Shown here in pieces: positions 19,757 through 30,303 of a DNA stretch of 64,000 nucleotides. Numbering within the stretch: position 1 is the stretch's first letter; the number at the start of each line of letters is the position of its first letter. Source of the DNA: an uncultured Syntrophorhabdus sp. (GTDB taxonomy: Bacteria; Desulfobacterota; BSN033; UBA1163); assembly GCA_964477935.1 (NCBI GenBank), contig CAYZFX010000007.1:21553-85552 (forward strand), given 5' to 3'. Position numbers and translations under genes: made by a program. The notes beneath the pieces are model-generated. The model was not told the origin of the DNA and did not search any database. It saw only the letters and a list, made by a program, of their open reading frames with translations.

Positions 19757-20358
19757 GTTTTTTAAAGGTCCTTGATGAGATGGGTTAATTCTTGATCACC
19801 AGATAATTTTTAAAGAGAAAAATCTAAATTTTTAATGATATTTTGGGTATAACCAAAAAGGGCGAAGGTGGGTTTGAACCAGTGTGAAAAGAAAACCAAG
19901 GAAACTCAAATACTTAATCGGTTTTTAGGTTCTTAACTGGTCGAGGTAAAAAGGCTTTGATTTGGCGAACTTCGGATCCTAAGGATATTTGGGCTCCTTT
20001 TGGAGGGCACATGGGCATGCAAATCCAGACCCCCCCTGAAGAAGTCCCCCAAACCACCGCGATATCTTCTCAGTATCGTTCGATGGTCATAAGAAAGCCT
20101 CCCAATCCGTCCGGATCTGGCCCTGAAGGGCAAATTCCCCATTTTGGTTTGGGATTCAGAGGCAGATGGATTTTTCATGGAAATCGGTACTTCAGGAGAA
20201 TTTGGAACGCCTGGTATAAAAATTCATAAGGACCTCCTTGATCAGATTTTTGGTGTTGTCAACCCTCTCCCTCTACGGTATGATTGAGTAGATCTTGATG
20301 AGTATCCCTTCACTTAAGCAAAGGGCTTCCAGCCCAGAGTGGTTTCCATTCTGAAGGG

Positions 20359-20838
20359 ATGTGGAAAATCACCTTACTTCTTTTTCTGACGGTTTTCGGT
20401 TCTCCGACCCTTAGCGGAGCGGTGTCCCTCGGGCAGGCAACGGCAAAGGAATTAATCACCGCACCCGAAACTATAACCATCGGTGGAAAGAGCCTTTTGA
20501 TCGAAGCCCACCTGTGGCGCGATTTTATGCCCCTCTTCCCACCTGGGGGAAGACCCTTAATAGCCTCGATTACGCTCAAAACGACCGATGGAACCCACCT
20601 TCCAAAGGGCATCGAGGTAGGAAGCGTGTGGGTTATCAACGGTGAGGCGGTGTGGTTCTCACCCCAAAAGAAATTCACGACGCAGAGAGATGACCCAACC
20701 GCTATCAACCTTGTGATACGGGATGGACCGAAGTGGGGGCCAGGGATCGATGTTGATGTAATCGTCGAACTGAAGGATGCTGAGAACCGATCGTTTCTCC
20801 TCAGGGCTTCAAGGCAGCCGATCCTCCGAACCGATTGA
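20359..20838 (+). CDS. Secreted hypothetical protein (159 aa)
   Basis: N-terminal signal peptide MWKITLLLFLTVFGSPTLSGA. Preferred over the overlapping antisense ORF 20310..21086, which has no features. Confidence 0.45.
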   Translation: MWKITLLLFLTVFGSPTLSGAVSLGQATAKELITAPETITIGGKSLLIEAHLWRDFMPLFPPGGRPLIASITLKTTDGTHLPKGIEVGSVWVINGEAVWFSPQKKFTTQRDDPTAINLVIRDGPKWGPGIDVDVIVELKDAENRSFLLRASRQPILRTD

Positions 20839-21364
20839 TCCCCAAAAGATGGTCGAAGGAAGGGCCTTATCCGTAAGCAACGGTCCCCGTTAAGCCGAAA
20901 GAGATCGAAAACCGAAAAGCTTCTGGGTAACAATGGCCAATTTACATGGAAACAGATAAAAGGAGGGACAGTTTCCAGGAATGCAGGGTGCAGGGGTAAA
21001 AAGGAGATGACGACCAGGGTCGGGGAAATTCCTCTCAGAGGAAACCCTTCGAAGGATTCCTCACCACCGATTGGGTGAACATTCAAGATCCATTACCAAA
21101 TGTTCAACGTATCGCATTCTAAAAGGGTTTGCCGCCGGAGGCGGATCGCCTCTGGCGATTGGGGGGAGGCCTCTCGGTCTCCCTTGTGGGATAGGAGGAA
21201 TCGCTCAATTTTGGCAAAAAATTGATGAAAATTTTTCCTTCTCTCCCCAAAGAGATGACCCCGGAGAAAACAAGGGCCCCCCTCTCCTGAAGAAGGTGAC
21301 GAATTCCTCACGGCCGAAGTGCCCCGTCCTGGGATGCAGGAAAAATTCATAAGGAGGGAAGAAG

Positions 21365-21775
21365 ATGATCAAAAAGATCGGTTGGGTATGGATGATAGGT
21401 TGTGCGGTTCTTTTGTTGAGCGACGAAGGGATTGCCCAGAACATGAAGGAAGGACTCTGGGAGATCACGATAACGATGGAGATCCCGGGGATGCCCATGA
21501 AGATGCCTCCCCAGACCAGCACAAATTGTCTGACTAAAAAGGACATGGTGCCCCAGAAGGCAGAACCCGGCCAAGACTGCAAAATGGTCAAAAATGAGGT
21601 GAAAGGGGATACGGTCATTTGGGTGATGGAATGTAAAACAAAGGAAGGGCCTGCCACCTTCAATGGCAAGGTCACTTATAGGGGAGAATCCTTTGAAGGT
21701 GTGGTGAAAATGAAACAAGGGGGGACGGAGATGACCCAGAACCTAAAAGGAAAATGGGTCGGTAAATGTCCGTAA
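21365..21775 (+). CDS. DUF3617-like exported/lipoprotein (136 aa)
   Basis: Signal peptide followed by a GLWEI motif typical of the DUF3617 family. SD GGAGGGAAGAAG upstream. Confidence 0.5.
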   Translation: MIKKIGWVWMIGCAVLLLSDEGIAQNMKEGLWEITITMEIPGMPMKMPPQTSTNCLTKKDMVPQKAEPGQDCKMVKNEVKGDTVIWVMECKTKEGPATFNGKVTYRGESFEGVVKMKQGGTEMTQNLKGKWVGKCP

Positions 21776-21803
21776 TTCCATAATCAATCAACTTCGGAAA
21801 GGT

Positions 21804-22940
21804 TCATCTTCTTCTCGGCCTTTCGCCAAGGATGACCTTTACGTCTTCGAACTTTCCTTTTCGGAGCACCTTGAGGGTAATCGTTTCGTTTGGTTTCTTC
21901 TCCCGAATGAAACGGATGAGGTCGTCATGGGTTTTGACCTCTTGTTGGTCTGCCCTGACCACGATGTCTCCCCCGATCACCACGATCATGTTTCCGACCT
22001 GAACCCTCTGGTTTCCTCCTTTTAATCCTGCCCTGTCTGCCGGCCCTCCCTTGATCACCTCTGCGATCATCGCTCCCCGTTCGACATTCAACTTTAAGTA
22101 CCTGGCCACTTCCGGGAGGAGGGGCTGGATCGTTGCCCCGATCCAGGGATAAGAAACATAACCTTTGGCGATCAGTTCAGGGATCACCTTCTTGGCCGTG
22201 TTGACCGGGATGGCAAATCCGATCCCCACGCTTCCACCGGAGGGGCTGATGATGGCCGTATTGATCCCGATGATCTCCCCGTCCGAATTGAGGAGGGGAC
22301 CTCCGGAGTTCCCTGGATTGATAGCAGCATCGGTCTGGATCACATCTTCGATCATCGTCCCGACTTCAGATCGGATCGTTCGGCCCAGCGAACTGATCAC
22401 CCCCGTGGTCAATGTCCTCTCGAAACCAAAGGGGTTTCCGATGGCAAGGACCTTCTGCCCGATTCTCAAATTCTTCGAATCGCCCATGGGAATGACCCTC
22501 AACTTCTCCCTGGGAGCCTCGATCTTGATCACGGCGAGGTCATTGTCCGGATCGGATCCGATCAACTTGGCAGGCCATTTTGACCCGTCCGCCAGGGTGA
22601 CCTCCAGTTTCTGGGCATTGGCAACGACATGATGGTTTGTCAGGATATGGCCCCTCGAATCGATGATCGTCCCCGATCCCGAGCCCTGCGCCGGAAATGG
22701 ATTGAAGAAGAAATCGAACTGGACCGCGATGCTGGTGATGTTGACCACACCATCCGCTGCCTTCTCATAGACGGCGATATTGTTCTTCTCATCTTCGGTG
22801 ATGGGATAGGCTGGCTTCCCGTGGAGAAGGCAGATGAGGATCAGAATGGCGACAGGTAGGATCGATCTTTCCGATCTTTTAGACCTCATGGGGAATCCTC
22901 CTTTCCATTCCTTCAGGCTGAATATCCCTTCCATTGGCAA
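21804..22940 (-). CDS. HtrA/DegP-family periplasmic serine protease (trypsin domain plus one PDZ)
   Basis: Catalytic triad motifs HILTNHHVV, DLAVIKI and GNSGGPL, then a C-terminal PDZ. Probable start is MRSKRSE with a signal peptide. Confidence 0.9.
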   Translation of the reverse strand: MPMEGIFSLKEWKGGFPMRSKRSERSILPVAILILICLLHGKPAYPITEDEKNNIAVYEKAADGVVNITSIAVQFDFFFNPFPAQGSGSGTIIDSRGHILTNHHVVANAQKLEVTLADGSKWPAKLIGSDPDNDLAVIKIEAPREKLRVIPMGDSKNLRIGQKVLAIGNPFGFERTLTTGVISSLGRTIRSEVGTMIEDVIQTDAAINPGNSGGPLLNSDGEIIGINTAIISPSGGSVGIGFAIPVNTAKKVIPELIAKGYVSYPWIGATIQPLLPEVARYLKLNVERGAMIAEVIKGGPADRAGLKGGNQRVQVGNMIVVIGGDIVVRADQQEVKTHDDLIRFIREKKPNETITLKVLRKGKFEDVKVILGERPRRR

Positions 22941-22962
22941 GACACTCCTCGATTCCCTTTTT

Positions 22963-25542
22963 TTAACTCAACGGCGGTTTGAACCTCCTTAACCGCAGGG
23001 CATTTGAGACAACCGTCACGGAAGAGAAGGCCATTGCCCCCGCTGCCCAGATGGGGTTGAGGAGGATACCGAAGAAGGGAAAGAGCGCGCCCGCAGCCAC
23101 AGGGATGAGGATCGTATTGTAGGCAAAGGCCCAGAAAAGGTTCTGTTTGATGTTGCGAACCGTGGCTTTGCTGAGAGCAATGGCTGTCACGACTCCCTTC
23201 AGATCCCCGCCGATGAGGGTGAGGTCAGAGGCCTCGATGGCGACATCCGTACCTGTACCAATGGCTATCCCCACATCGGCCTGGGCCAGAGCAGGGGCAT
23301 CGTTGATGCCATCGCCCACCATCCCTACCCTCTTCCCTTCCGACTGAAGCCGTCTCACCTCTTCAGCCTTCTTCTCGGGAACGACCTCGGCAAGGACCCG
23401 ATCGATCCCCACTTGATGGGCGATGGCCTGGGCCGCCCGAACATTATCGCCCGTCAACATCACGACCTCCAGGCCCATCCGGCGCAAATAACCGACGGCC
23501 TCCTTTGAGCCCATTTTTAAGGTGTCAGAAATCCCGATCAGTCCCGCCACCCTGCCCTCCACCGCCAGGAACATCACTGTCTTTCCACAACCGGAAAGTT
23601 CCTCTGCCCTTTCCCGCCATCGGTCCAGACCGATTCTCCTCTCCTCCATCAGCCTTCGATTTCCAAGGAGGACCTCCTTCGAGCTAACCTTTGCCTCGAT
23701 GCCATGGCCGGCTATGGCCCGAAATTCGGCTGGGTCGATGAGGTTCAAATTCTCCTCTTTCGCCTTCCTGACGATGGCCTCTCCCAGAGGATGTTCGGAC
23801 CTCTTTTCCATGGTTGCAGCCAGGCTCAGGACCTCCTGTTCTGTGAAGGGGGGGGAGGCGAAAATATCCGTAACCGTTGGGACCCCCTGGGTCAGGGTTC
23901 CGGTCTTGTCCAGAACGATGGTATCGAGCTTGTGGGCGGATTCAAGGGCCTCAGCCCCCCGAATCAATATCCCATGTTCCGCTCCCTTACCCGTTCCGAC
24001 CATGATCGAAGTCGGTGTGGCCAGACCGAGTGCGCATGGGCAGGCGATGATCAGGACAGCAATGGCGTTGAGAAAGGCATAGGTGAAGCTGGGAGGGGGA
24101 CCGAAGAGCGACCAGAGAATAAAGGTAAGGATGGCGATTGCCATGACAATCGGAACAAAATAACTGGCCATGACATCGACCATCCGGGCAATCGGGGGCT
24201 TCGATCCCTGAGCCTCCTGAACCAGACAGATGATCTGAGCCAAGACGGTCTCCTTTCCGATGCGCATCGCTTCAAAGGTGAAGGTTCCTGTCCTGTTGAG
24301 TGTTGCCCCGATGACTCGGTCTCCGATCTTCTTTTCCACGGGCAATGATTCCCCGGTGACCATCGATTCGTCCACAGTGGAGAACCCTTCGACGACCACC
24401 CCATCCACCGGGATCTTCTCGCCGGGCCGAACGACGACTCGATCTCCAACGAGCACCTCGCTGACCGGGAGATCTCTTTCTATCCCATCCCGGATCACCC
24501 GGGCGGTCTTGGGCTGAAGGCCGATCAGTTTTTTAATGGCCTCTGAGGCCTTTCCCTTTGCCCTTGCCTCGAAGAAGCGTCCGAGAAGGATGAGGACGAT
24601 GATGGCCGCCGAGGTGTCGAAATAGACATCGAGACTCAGGCCTTCGACTATCATCCAGTGGGGGGTAAACGTCACAAGGAGGCTATAGAGATAGGCAGCC
24701 GAAGTCCCGATGGCAATCAAGGTGTTCATATCGCTCGTCTTATTCCGGAGCGCCTTCCAGAACCCGACATAAAACTGCCCTCCTGCCCAGAACTGAACAG
24801 GGGTGGCTAACAAGAACTGGAAAAAGAAATTCGCCTCCCTTCCCAAACCCAGCCACTTCTCAAGGAATCCTGCACCGTACATGAGAACCATAATGGGAAT
24901 AAAGAGGAGGGCTCCTGCCGTCAACCTCAATTTCAACCTGGACAGCTCGGTTTCCCTCGCGAGCCTCTCCCTCTCGACGAGGTCTGCCTCCTGAAGTTCC
25001 AGCGATCCGATGTCGGTCTCCAGCACATGATATCCGAGGGCAGTGATGGCCTCTTTCAGGTCCCGGATCGACACGGTTCCTGGGATATATTCCAGCGCTG
25101 CCCTCTGGGTGGCAAGGTTCACATTGACCGAAAGAACCCCATGAATCGACCGGAGCCCCTTTTCCACCCGGCTCACACAGGAGGCACAGGTCATCCCCTG
25201 AATGGGAAGGGTGATCTTTTCCACCTTCGGTCTGTATCCAAGCTCCTTCACCCTCTCGATCAGGTGCGAAATCTCCATTTTCCCCGGATGAAAGAGGACG
25301 GTCGCCCTCTCGGCCGCAAAGTTGACCGTGGCCTGATGAACCCCTTCGATCTCGGACAGCCCTCTTTCTATCCGTGCCGCACAGCTGGCACAGGACATGC
25401 CGTCGATGGGAATCTCGATTCGCTCCATTCCTCGATAATGATCCTCAATTTTTATAGATAAACCTACTGGCCCGTGGCCTCTTAGAGGAGGAATCAACCC
25501 TTCTTTATTCTCTTTTTTAACGCATTTTGACCATATTGCCAA
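22963..25542 (-). CDS. copA: Copper-translocating P1B-type ATPase with two N-terminal HMA domains
   Basis: Two GMSCASC/GMTCASC metal-binding motifs, CPC transport motif ([10 protein letters not shown]), [15 protein letters not shown]. The likely start is MERIEIP near 25428. Confidence 0.95.
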   Translation of the reverse strand: MAIWSKCVKKENKEGLIPPLRGHGPVGLSIKIEDHYRGMERIEIPIDGMSCASCAARIERGLSEIEGVHQATVNFAAERATVLFHPGKMEISHLIERVKELGYRPKVEKITLPIQGMTCASCVSRVEKGLRSIHGVLSVNVNLATQRAALEYIPGTVSIRDLKEAITALGYHVLETDIGSLELQEADLVERERLARETELSRLKLRLTAGALLFIPIMVLMYGAGFLEKWLGLGREANFFFQFLLATPVQFWAGGQFYVGFWKALRNKTSDMNTLIAIGTSAAYLYSLLVTFTPHWMIVEGLSLDVYFDTSAAIIVLILLGRFFEARAKGKASEAIKKLIGLQPKTARVIRDGIERDLPVSEVLVGDRVVVRPGEKIPVDGVVVEGFSTVDESMVTGESLPVEKKIGDRVIGATLNRTGTFTFEAMRIGKETVLAQIICLVQEAQGSKPPIARMVDVMASYFVPIVMAIAILTFILWSLFGPPPSFTYAFLNAIAVLIIACPCALGLATPTSIMVGTGKGAEHGILIRGAEALESAHKLDTIVLDKTGTLTQGVPTVTDIFASPPFTEQEVLSLAATMEKRSEHPLGEAIVRKAKEENLNLIDPAEFRAIAGHGIEAKVSSKEVLLGNRRLMEERRIGLDRWRERAEELSGCGKTVMFLAVEGRVAGLIGISDTLKMGSKEAVGYLRRMGLEVVMLTGDNVRAAQAIAHQVGIDRVLAEVVPEKKAEEVRRLQSEGKRVGMVGDGINDAPALAQADVGIAIGTGTDVAIEASDLTLIGGDLKGVVTAIALSKATVRNIKQNLFWAFAYNTILIPVAAGALFPFFGILLNPIWAAGAMAFSSVTVVSNALRLRRFKPPLS

Positions 25543-25564
25543 CTGTATCCAAATTTATTATAAT
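25536..25564 (+). promoter_or_regulatory. Sigma70 promoter (TTGCCA, 17 nt, TATAAT) ending 7 nt before the ATG at 25571; implies a leaderless mRNA
   Basis: Perfect -10, 5/6 -35 and 17-nt spacer. No SD before the ATG. Confidence 0.5.
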
Positions 25565-25570
25565 TTTTTT

Positions 25571-25774
25571 ATGAGGCGATCCAGTTTTGAAGAGCTCGAG
25601 GCCACCTCCCTCTACTGCCCTCAGTGCAGGAAAGCCGTTCCCGTAAGGAAGAAATTGCTTCTCGTCCTGCCAGAAGGGGATGAGTTTGAATATCTCTGTG
25701 CCTACTGTTCCTCTTCGGTTGGAACGAAAATCGACAAGAACGCACCCCCCATCCAGCTGATCTTTAAGCCTTAA
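25571..25774 (+). CDS. Small zinc-ribbon protein with two CxxC motifs (67 aa)
   Basis: CPQC ... CAYC arrangement. A leaderless-type promoter lies directly upstream. Divergent from copA. Confidence 0.45.
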   Translation: MRRSSFEELEATSLYCPQCRKAVPVRKKLLLVLPEGDEFEYLCAYCSSSVGTKIDKNAPPIQLIFKP

Positions 25775-25798
25775 ACCTCTTGGGTTTAAATTAAGGCT

Positions 25799-25817
25799 GG
25801 ATAACTTTAAGTTATCC
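25799..25817. promoter_or_regulatory. Perfect 9-1-9 palindrome GGATAACTT-T-AAGTTATCC (candidate operator or terminator hairpin)
   Basis: Seen in sequence. It lies 18 bp upstream of the -35 of the 25835 promoter and just after the zinc-ribbon ORF. Confidence 0.35.
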
Positions 25818-25834
25818 GGCCATAACAAAAAATC

Positions 25835-25863
25835 TGTTGACAAACCCCTCTCTCTAAAAGATA
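25835..25863 (+). promoter_or_regulatory. Strong sigma70 promoter TTGACA, 17 nt, GATAAT
   Basis: 6/6 -35 and 5/6 -10 with optimal spacing. About 230 nt upstream of the ppsA-like start. Confidence 0.55.
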
Positions 25864-26095
25864 ATGGGTCAATAGCTCTGATAAGGGATCATCCCAACCC
25901 ATTCCTTCCAAAAAGTTGTGAATCCTCCTTGGTGCGATGGTGGGAGAAAAATGGGGATACCTCTTTGTAACCCTATGAACCCGTTGGAGGAGAACCTTTT
26001 CGAAGAAAGGAGGTGAAGAAATAGCTTTTTCAAACCCGAAGGCTTTCCTGTTGATCACAATTTCTTTTAATCCAACTTGACAAGGAGGGGTTCTT

Positions 26096-27943
26096 ATGGC
26101 TGAAAAAAAAGGTTTCCCGATGCCCTTAGAGGTTGAATTGCCAAAGGAGCTGGAAGGTTGGGAGGAGATGTATCCCCCTTACTACTTATTCAGCAAGGAA
26201 AGGAAGGAATGGGAGGAAAGCCATTTCTGGTTTCATGACAAGATTCATGCCCCTGAAGCGATGTACCCACTTGATCTTATTTTTCATGAGGCCTGGCAGA
26301 TTTCATTATCTCAGTATACCACACGAGTTTTTTGCATTCCGCCTGCTCAGGGCATCGCCCAGAGGATGGTCGGTTGCTATATGTATATCACGCCTGTGGC
26401 CCCCCCACCCCAGGAGATCATCGGTGAGAAAGCCGCTCTCTTTCAAAAAAGGGTCTTTTATGTATTTGATCATTACGATGCCCTCTGGGGGTTGTGGCTG
26501 AAGAAATTCAGGGCCCTCGGAGAGGAGATGGCCAGCATTAAGGTCCCTTCAGAGTTTCCGAAGTTCGAAGACGATGACACTGTCTTTCCTGAACCCCGGG
26601 GATATTACACCTCCTATGATCTGATCGAGGGCTGGGATCGGCTGGTCAACCTGATGATCAAGGGCTGGCAATTCCACTTTCAGTATCTAAATCTCGCCTA
26701 TCTCGCCTATCTCTTGTTCGCAGACACCTGTCGGAAACTTTTCCCAGGGATCTCCGAGAGCACCATCGGCAAACTCGTCGCCGGTGCCTATGTCCAGATG
26801 TTCCGTCCTGAAGAAGAGCTGGGTAGGTTGGCCCGGATTGCGGCGGCCATTCCCGAGCTGGCAAAGGTGCTCAAAAGTGACCTCCCGGTTTCCGAGAAGA
26901 TATCCACCCTCAGACAATCCGCAGAAGGAAGGGATTGGCTGGTCGAGTATGAAAAGTCCAAGGATCCCTGGTTCTATGTCTCCTGCGGGAGCGGATGGTT
27001 CCATTATGAGGGGAGCTGGATCTCCAAGCCTGAGATTCCCTTTGGCTATTTGAAAAGTTATATTGAGCGAATCGAGAGGGGCGAGAGGATCGAAAGGGAT
27101 CTTCCAGGAATTGACAAAGAGAGGGCGGAGCTTGCCGATCAGTATCGCAAACTGATCAAAACCGATGAGGATAGAAAATCTTTTGACGACACGTATAAAG
27201 CGGTCCGCACCATCTATAAATATGCAGAGGATCACCTCTTCTGGGTGGAGCACTGGCTCCATACGATATGGTTCGAAAAGGTGAGGGAGTTCGGAAATGT
27301 CCTTGTCAAGTATGGGCTTCTGAAGGAACCGGATGACATCTATCTGTTTAACCGTTTCGAAGTGCCTTACCTCATGGAAGACCTGGCCACCACCTGGGCC
27401 CTTGGAGTGGGGGTGCCCTCCGGAGGGGCTTACTGGCAGGCTAAGGCTGAGAAGAGGAAGAAGATTCTGGAGGCAGCCAAGAAATGGACGCCGATCCCGG
27501 CTCTTGGGAAACCTCCGGAGGAGGTCGCCGAACCCTTCACCATCATGCTCTGGGGAATCACCACTGAAAAAGTTCAGGAGTGGCTCAAAGGAGTGGCGGT
27601 TGTCCCGTCAGAGGTGACCGAGCTGAAAGGATTTGCCTCGTCGGCAGGTGTGGTGGAGGGAACGGTGAGAGTGGTGAAACGTCTGGAAGAGATCACACAG
27701 GTCGAACAGGGCGAGATCCTCGTCTGCCCGACGACAAACCCTGCCTGGGCTCCGGTCTTCACCAAGATCAAGGCATCGGTAACTGACATCGGTGGTATCA
27801 CCAGCCATGCCGCAATCGTCTGCAGAGAGTACGGTGTTCCATCGGTGACGGGAACCGGGATTGCCACCTCTATACTTAAGACCGGCGATACGGTAAGGGT
27901 GGATGGAAATACCGGGATCGTGAAGATCTTGAAACGGGGCTGA
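26096..27943 (+). CDS. PEP-utilizing-enzyme phosphohistidine (mobile-domain) subunit with a large N-terminal substrate domain; phenylphosphate synthase PpsA-like
   Basis: 615 aa. The C-terminal swivel domain GGITSHAAIVCREYGVPSVTG...VDGNTGIV carries the conserved His. The N-terminal roughly 500 aa are unassigned. Size and layout match the roughly 70 kDa PpsA subunit. Confidence 0.7.
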   Translation: MAEKKGFPMPLEVELPKELEGWEEMYPPYYLFSKERKEWEESHFWFHDKIHAPEAMYPLDLIFHEAWQISLSQYTTRVFCIPPAQGIAQRMVGCYMYITPVAPPPQEIIGEKAALFQKRVFYVFDHYDALWGLWLKKFRALGEEMASIKVPSEFPKFEDDDTVFPEPRGYYTSYDLIEGWDRLVNLMIKGWQFHFQYLNLAYLAYLLFADTCRKLFPGISESTIGKLVAGAYVQMFRPEEELGRLARIAAAIPELAKVLKSDLPVSEKISTLRQSAEGRDWLVEYEKSKDPWFYVSCGSGWFHYEGSWISKPEIPFGYLKSYIERIERGERIERDLPGIDKERAELADQYRKLIKTDEDRKSFDDTYKAVRTIYKYAEDHLFWVEHWLHTIWFEKVREFGNVLVKYGLLKEPDDIYLFNRFEVPYLMEDLATTWALGVGVPSGGAYWQAKAEKRKKILEAAKKWTPIPALGKPPEEVAEPFTIMLWGITTEKVQEWLKGVAVVPSEVTELKGFASSAGVVEGTVRVVKRLEEITQVEQGEILVCPTTNPAWAPVFTKIKASVTDIGGITSHAAIVCREYGVPSVTGTGIATSILKTGDTVRVDGNTGIVKILKRG

Positions 27944-28028
27944 GAGACCTTACGTTTAAATTTAGGGGGTTGGAGGTTAAACGCTCCTCTCGGGGATTGA
28001 GCGGTCACCTCCAACCTCAGATTTTCAA

Positions 28029-29123
28029 TTGAGTATTTTTCATCAATGGGAGTTTGCTATGGCCTACACCTTATGGTTTGACAAAGCAGGAAAAGAAGCC
28101 CTCGCCCTGGTCGGTGGAAAAAATGCCAGCCTGGGCGAGTTGATCAAGGCCGACATTCCAGTCCCCCCTGGATTTTCAGTGACCACAGAGGCGTATCTTG
28201 AATTTATCACCGGTAGCCTTAAGGAAGAGATCAGGCGGGTCCTCTCCCGTATCGACCTTCAGGATGTGGCCTCACTGGAAGGGGCCAGCCAGACCATCCG
28301 GGAACTCATCTCTCAAACCCCTTTCCCTCAAAAGATGGCCGACGAGATCGCCTCTAACTACGAAGCCCTCTCAAACGTCTTCGGCACGCCCGAGCTTCCT
28401 GTGGCTGTCCGGTCGAGTGCGACCGCCGAGGATCTTCCGGGAGCAAGCTTTGCTGGTCAGCAGGACACCTTCCTCTGGGTGCGCGGAATCGAAGAGGTTC
28501 TGAAAAAGATCAAACAATGTATGTCGAGCCTCTTCACACCGAGGGCCATCTCCTACAGGGTGAAGATGGGGTTTCCTCACGAGAAGGTATTGATCAGTGT
28601 GGGGATCCAGAAGATGGTCGACGCCCGGGCGGCGGGTGTCATGTTTACCCTCAACCCCCTCAATGGCGATCCCTCGAAGGTCGTCATCGAAGGAAACTGG
28701 GGGCTGGGAGAGACGGTCGTCGCGGGAGTCTGCAACCCTGACAAATTTGTTGTGGATAAGGTGACTAAGGACCTCGTAAAGGAGATCTCATTAAAGGAGA
28801 CGGAGTGCGTCTTCGACCCTCGAAGCGGTGAGGTGATCCATAGAGACATCGCCCCTGACCTGAGAGAAGTCCCATGCCTCGATGACGAGGAGGTCCTCGA
28901 ACTGGCACGATACGCAATCAAGATAGAGGATTATTATGGATGCCCTCAGGATATCGAATGGGCCATCGACAGGCAGAATCCCTTCCCCTTCAATATCTAT
29001 ATGGTCCAGAGTCGTCCGGAGACGATCTGGAGTCAGAAGAAGAAAGAGCCCGTCCTCGGAAAGAAGAGTGCCTACGAACTCTTGATGGAAAAGGCCTTGT
29101 CCACGATTAAGATCAACATCTAA
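28029..29123 (+). CDS. PEP synthase/PPDK N-terminal ATP-binding domain protein; phenylphosphate synthase PpsB-like
   Basis: PPDK_N family signature LALVGGKNASLGELIKADIPVPPGFSVTTEAY. Likely start is MAYTLWF at 28059 with a GGGAG SD. About 40 kDa, like PpsB. Confidence 0.75.
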   Translation: MSIFHQWEFAMAYTLWFDKAGKEALALVGGKNASLGELIKADIPVPPGFSVTTEAYLEFITGSLKEEIRRVLSRIDLQDVASLEGASQTIRELISQTPFPQKMADEIASNYEALSNVFGTPELPVAVRSSATAEDLPGASFAGQQDTFLWVRGIEEVLKKIKQCMSSLFTPRAISYRVKMGFPHEKVLISVGIQKMVDARAAGVMFTLNPLNGDPSKVVIEGNWGLGETVVAGVCNPDKFVVDKVTKDLVKEISLKETECVFDPRSGEVIHRDIAPDLREVPCLDDEEVLELARYAIKIEDYYGCPQDIEWAIDRQNPFPFNIYMVQSRPETIWSQKKKEPVLGKKSAYELLMEKALSTIKINI

Positions 29124-29244
29124 CATCCCCCCTTCGAATCGGAGAGTGGGAGAAGGCCTGAGTCACCCATTCAGGGTCTCTCCCCCTCCTCCGGATCTTC
29201 TACCCGCTGCGATCCCTTGAACTCTTTTCCCGATCTGTTTTAAT

Positions 29245-30288
29245 GTGTTCCCAGTACTCAAGGAGGAAGGCCTTTTCATGGAAACCGGAAAGCTTCCTAT
29301 TGACCTTCTTGAAAAGGCGTTAAAAAGATATTCTCTTCTTGATCCTACCGTCGTTCTTGGCCCAAAAATCGGGGAGGATGCCGCTGTAATCGATCCCGGA
29401 AAAGAATCAAAGCATTATTGGGTGGTCACTTCGGATCCCATCACGTTCACGACAGAAGAGATCGGATATTACGGTGTCGTCGTCAATCTAAACGACCTCG
29501 CCACCCGGGGAGCCACTCCGAAATATTTTCTGGCCACCCTCCTCTTTCCGGAACAGGGCTCAACCCCGAAGACCGTTGAAAAGACGTTCCGTCAGATCCA
29601 TGAGGCCTGCCGACGCTTTGGCCTCTCTTTTATCGGAGGCCATACCGAGATCACCCCTGGCCTTGATAGGGTTATTCTCTCCGGTCACATGATCGGAACC
29701 GTCAAAAAAGGAGGTCTGGTCCAAACCAGCGGCGCAAGAGCAGGAGATCTCTTGCTCATGGCCAAAGGCGTCTGCATTGAGGGAACGTCGATCATTGCCA
29801 GAGAAAGGGAAAAAGCCTTGCTGAGCAGAGGATTTTCCCCTTCCTTCCTGAACAGGGCGAAAGATTTCATCTTCGACCCTGGAATCGATGTCCTTCAGGT
29901 AGCCCGAATCGCCTGCCGAACCGCCAACATCCATTCGATGCACGATCCTACTGAGGGAGGTCTCATCAACGGGGTCGTTGAGATGGCCATGGCCTCGGGA
30001 AGAGAGATCGAGGTCAATCTTGGAGAGGTTTTCGTATACGACGAAGCGAAACTCCTCTGTGCGGAGTTCGGGCTCGATCCTCTGAGGACGATCGCCTCGG
30101 GATCGCTCCTCTTGACGATCTCCCCGGCAGACCTCCCTGCCCTCCAAAAAGCCTTTCGAAGGGCTTCGATCCCCCTCCGTGTCATCGGAAGAGTGGGGCG
30201 AGCCCCAGGCCGGGCCTTCGCATGGGAGGGAAAAAGGAGGCGAATATTACACCCCGTATCCAGGGATGAAATTTTAAAAATATTCTGA
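29245..30288 (+). CDS. AIR-synthase-related protein (PurM superfamily; ThiL/HypE-like ATP-dependent kinase fold)
   Basis: IGEDAAVID and VVVNLNDLATRGATP motifs shared with ThiL/PurM. Likely start is METGKL at 29278 with an AAGGAGGA SD. Lacks the SelD N-terminal Sec/Cys-Lys motif. Confidence 0.7.
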   Translation: MFPVLKEEGLFMETGKLPIDLLEKALKRYSLLDPTVVLGPKIGEDAAVIDPGKESKHYWVVTSDPITFTTEEIGYYGVVVNLNDLATRGATPKYFLATLLFPEQGSTPKTVEKTFRQIHEACRRFGLSFIGGHTEITPGLDRVILSGHMIGTVKKGGLVQTSGARAGDLLLMAKGVCIEGTSIIAREREKALLSRGFSPSFLNRAKDFIFDPGIDVLQVARIACRTANIHSMHDPTEGGLINGVVEMAMASGREIEVNLGEVFVYDEAKLLCAEFGLDPLRTIASGSLLLTISPADLPALQKAFRRASIPLRVIGRVGRAPGRAFAWEGKRRRILHPVSRDEILKIF

Positions 30289-30303
30289 TGAAAGGACGAA
30301 AGA

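Noticed and set aside
20310-21086. 258-aa minus-strand ORF overlapping the 20359..20838 secreted-protein gene
   Set aside because: It has no recognisable domains, signal or RBS and a low-complexity composition. The plus-strand ORF has a clean signal peptide and adjacent SD. It is most likely a spurious antisense frame.
25807-26058. 83-aa minus-strand ORF inside the leader of the phosphotransferase operon
   Set aside because: No RBS and no features. It lies antisense within a region better explained as a 5' leader or promoter.
29245-30288. PurM-superfamily gene as selenophosphate synthetase SelD (which would fit the Sec-FdhA)
   Set aside because: It lacks the N-terminal glycine-rich Cys/Sec-Lys motif (GAGCGCK-like) of SelD. 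Its motifs resemble ThiL/PurM (IGEDAAVID, VVVNLNDLATRGATP) more closely.
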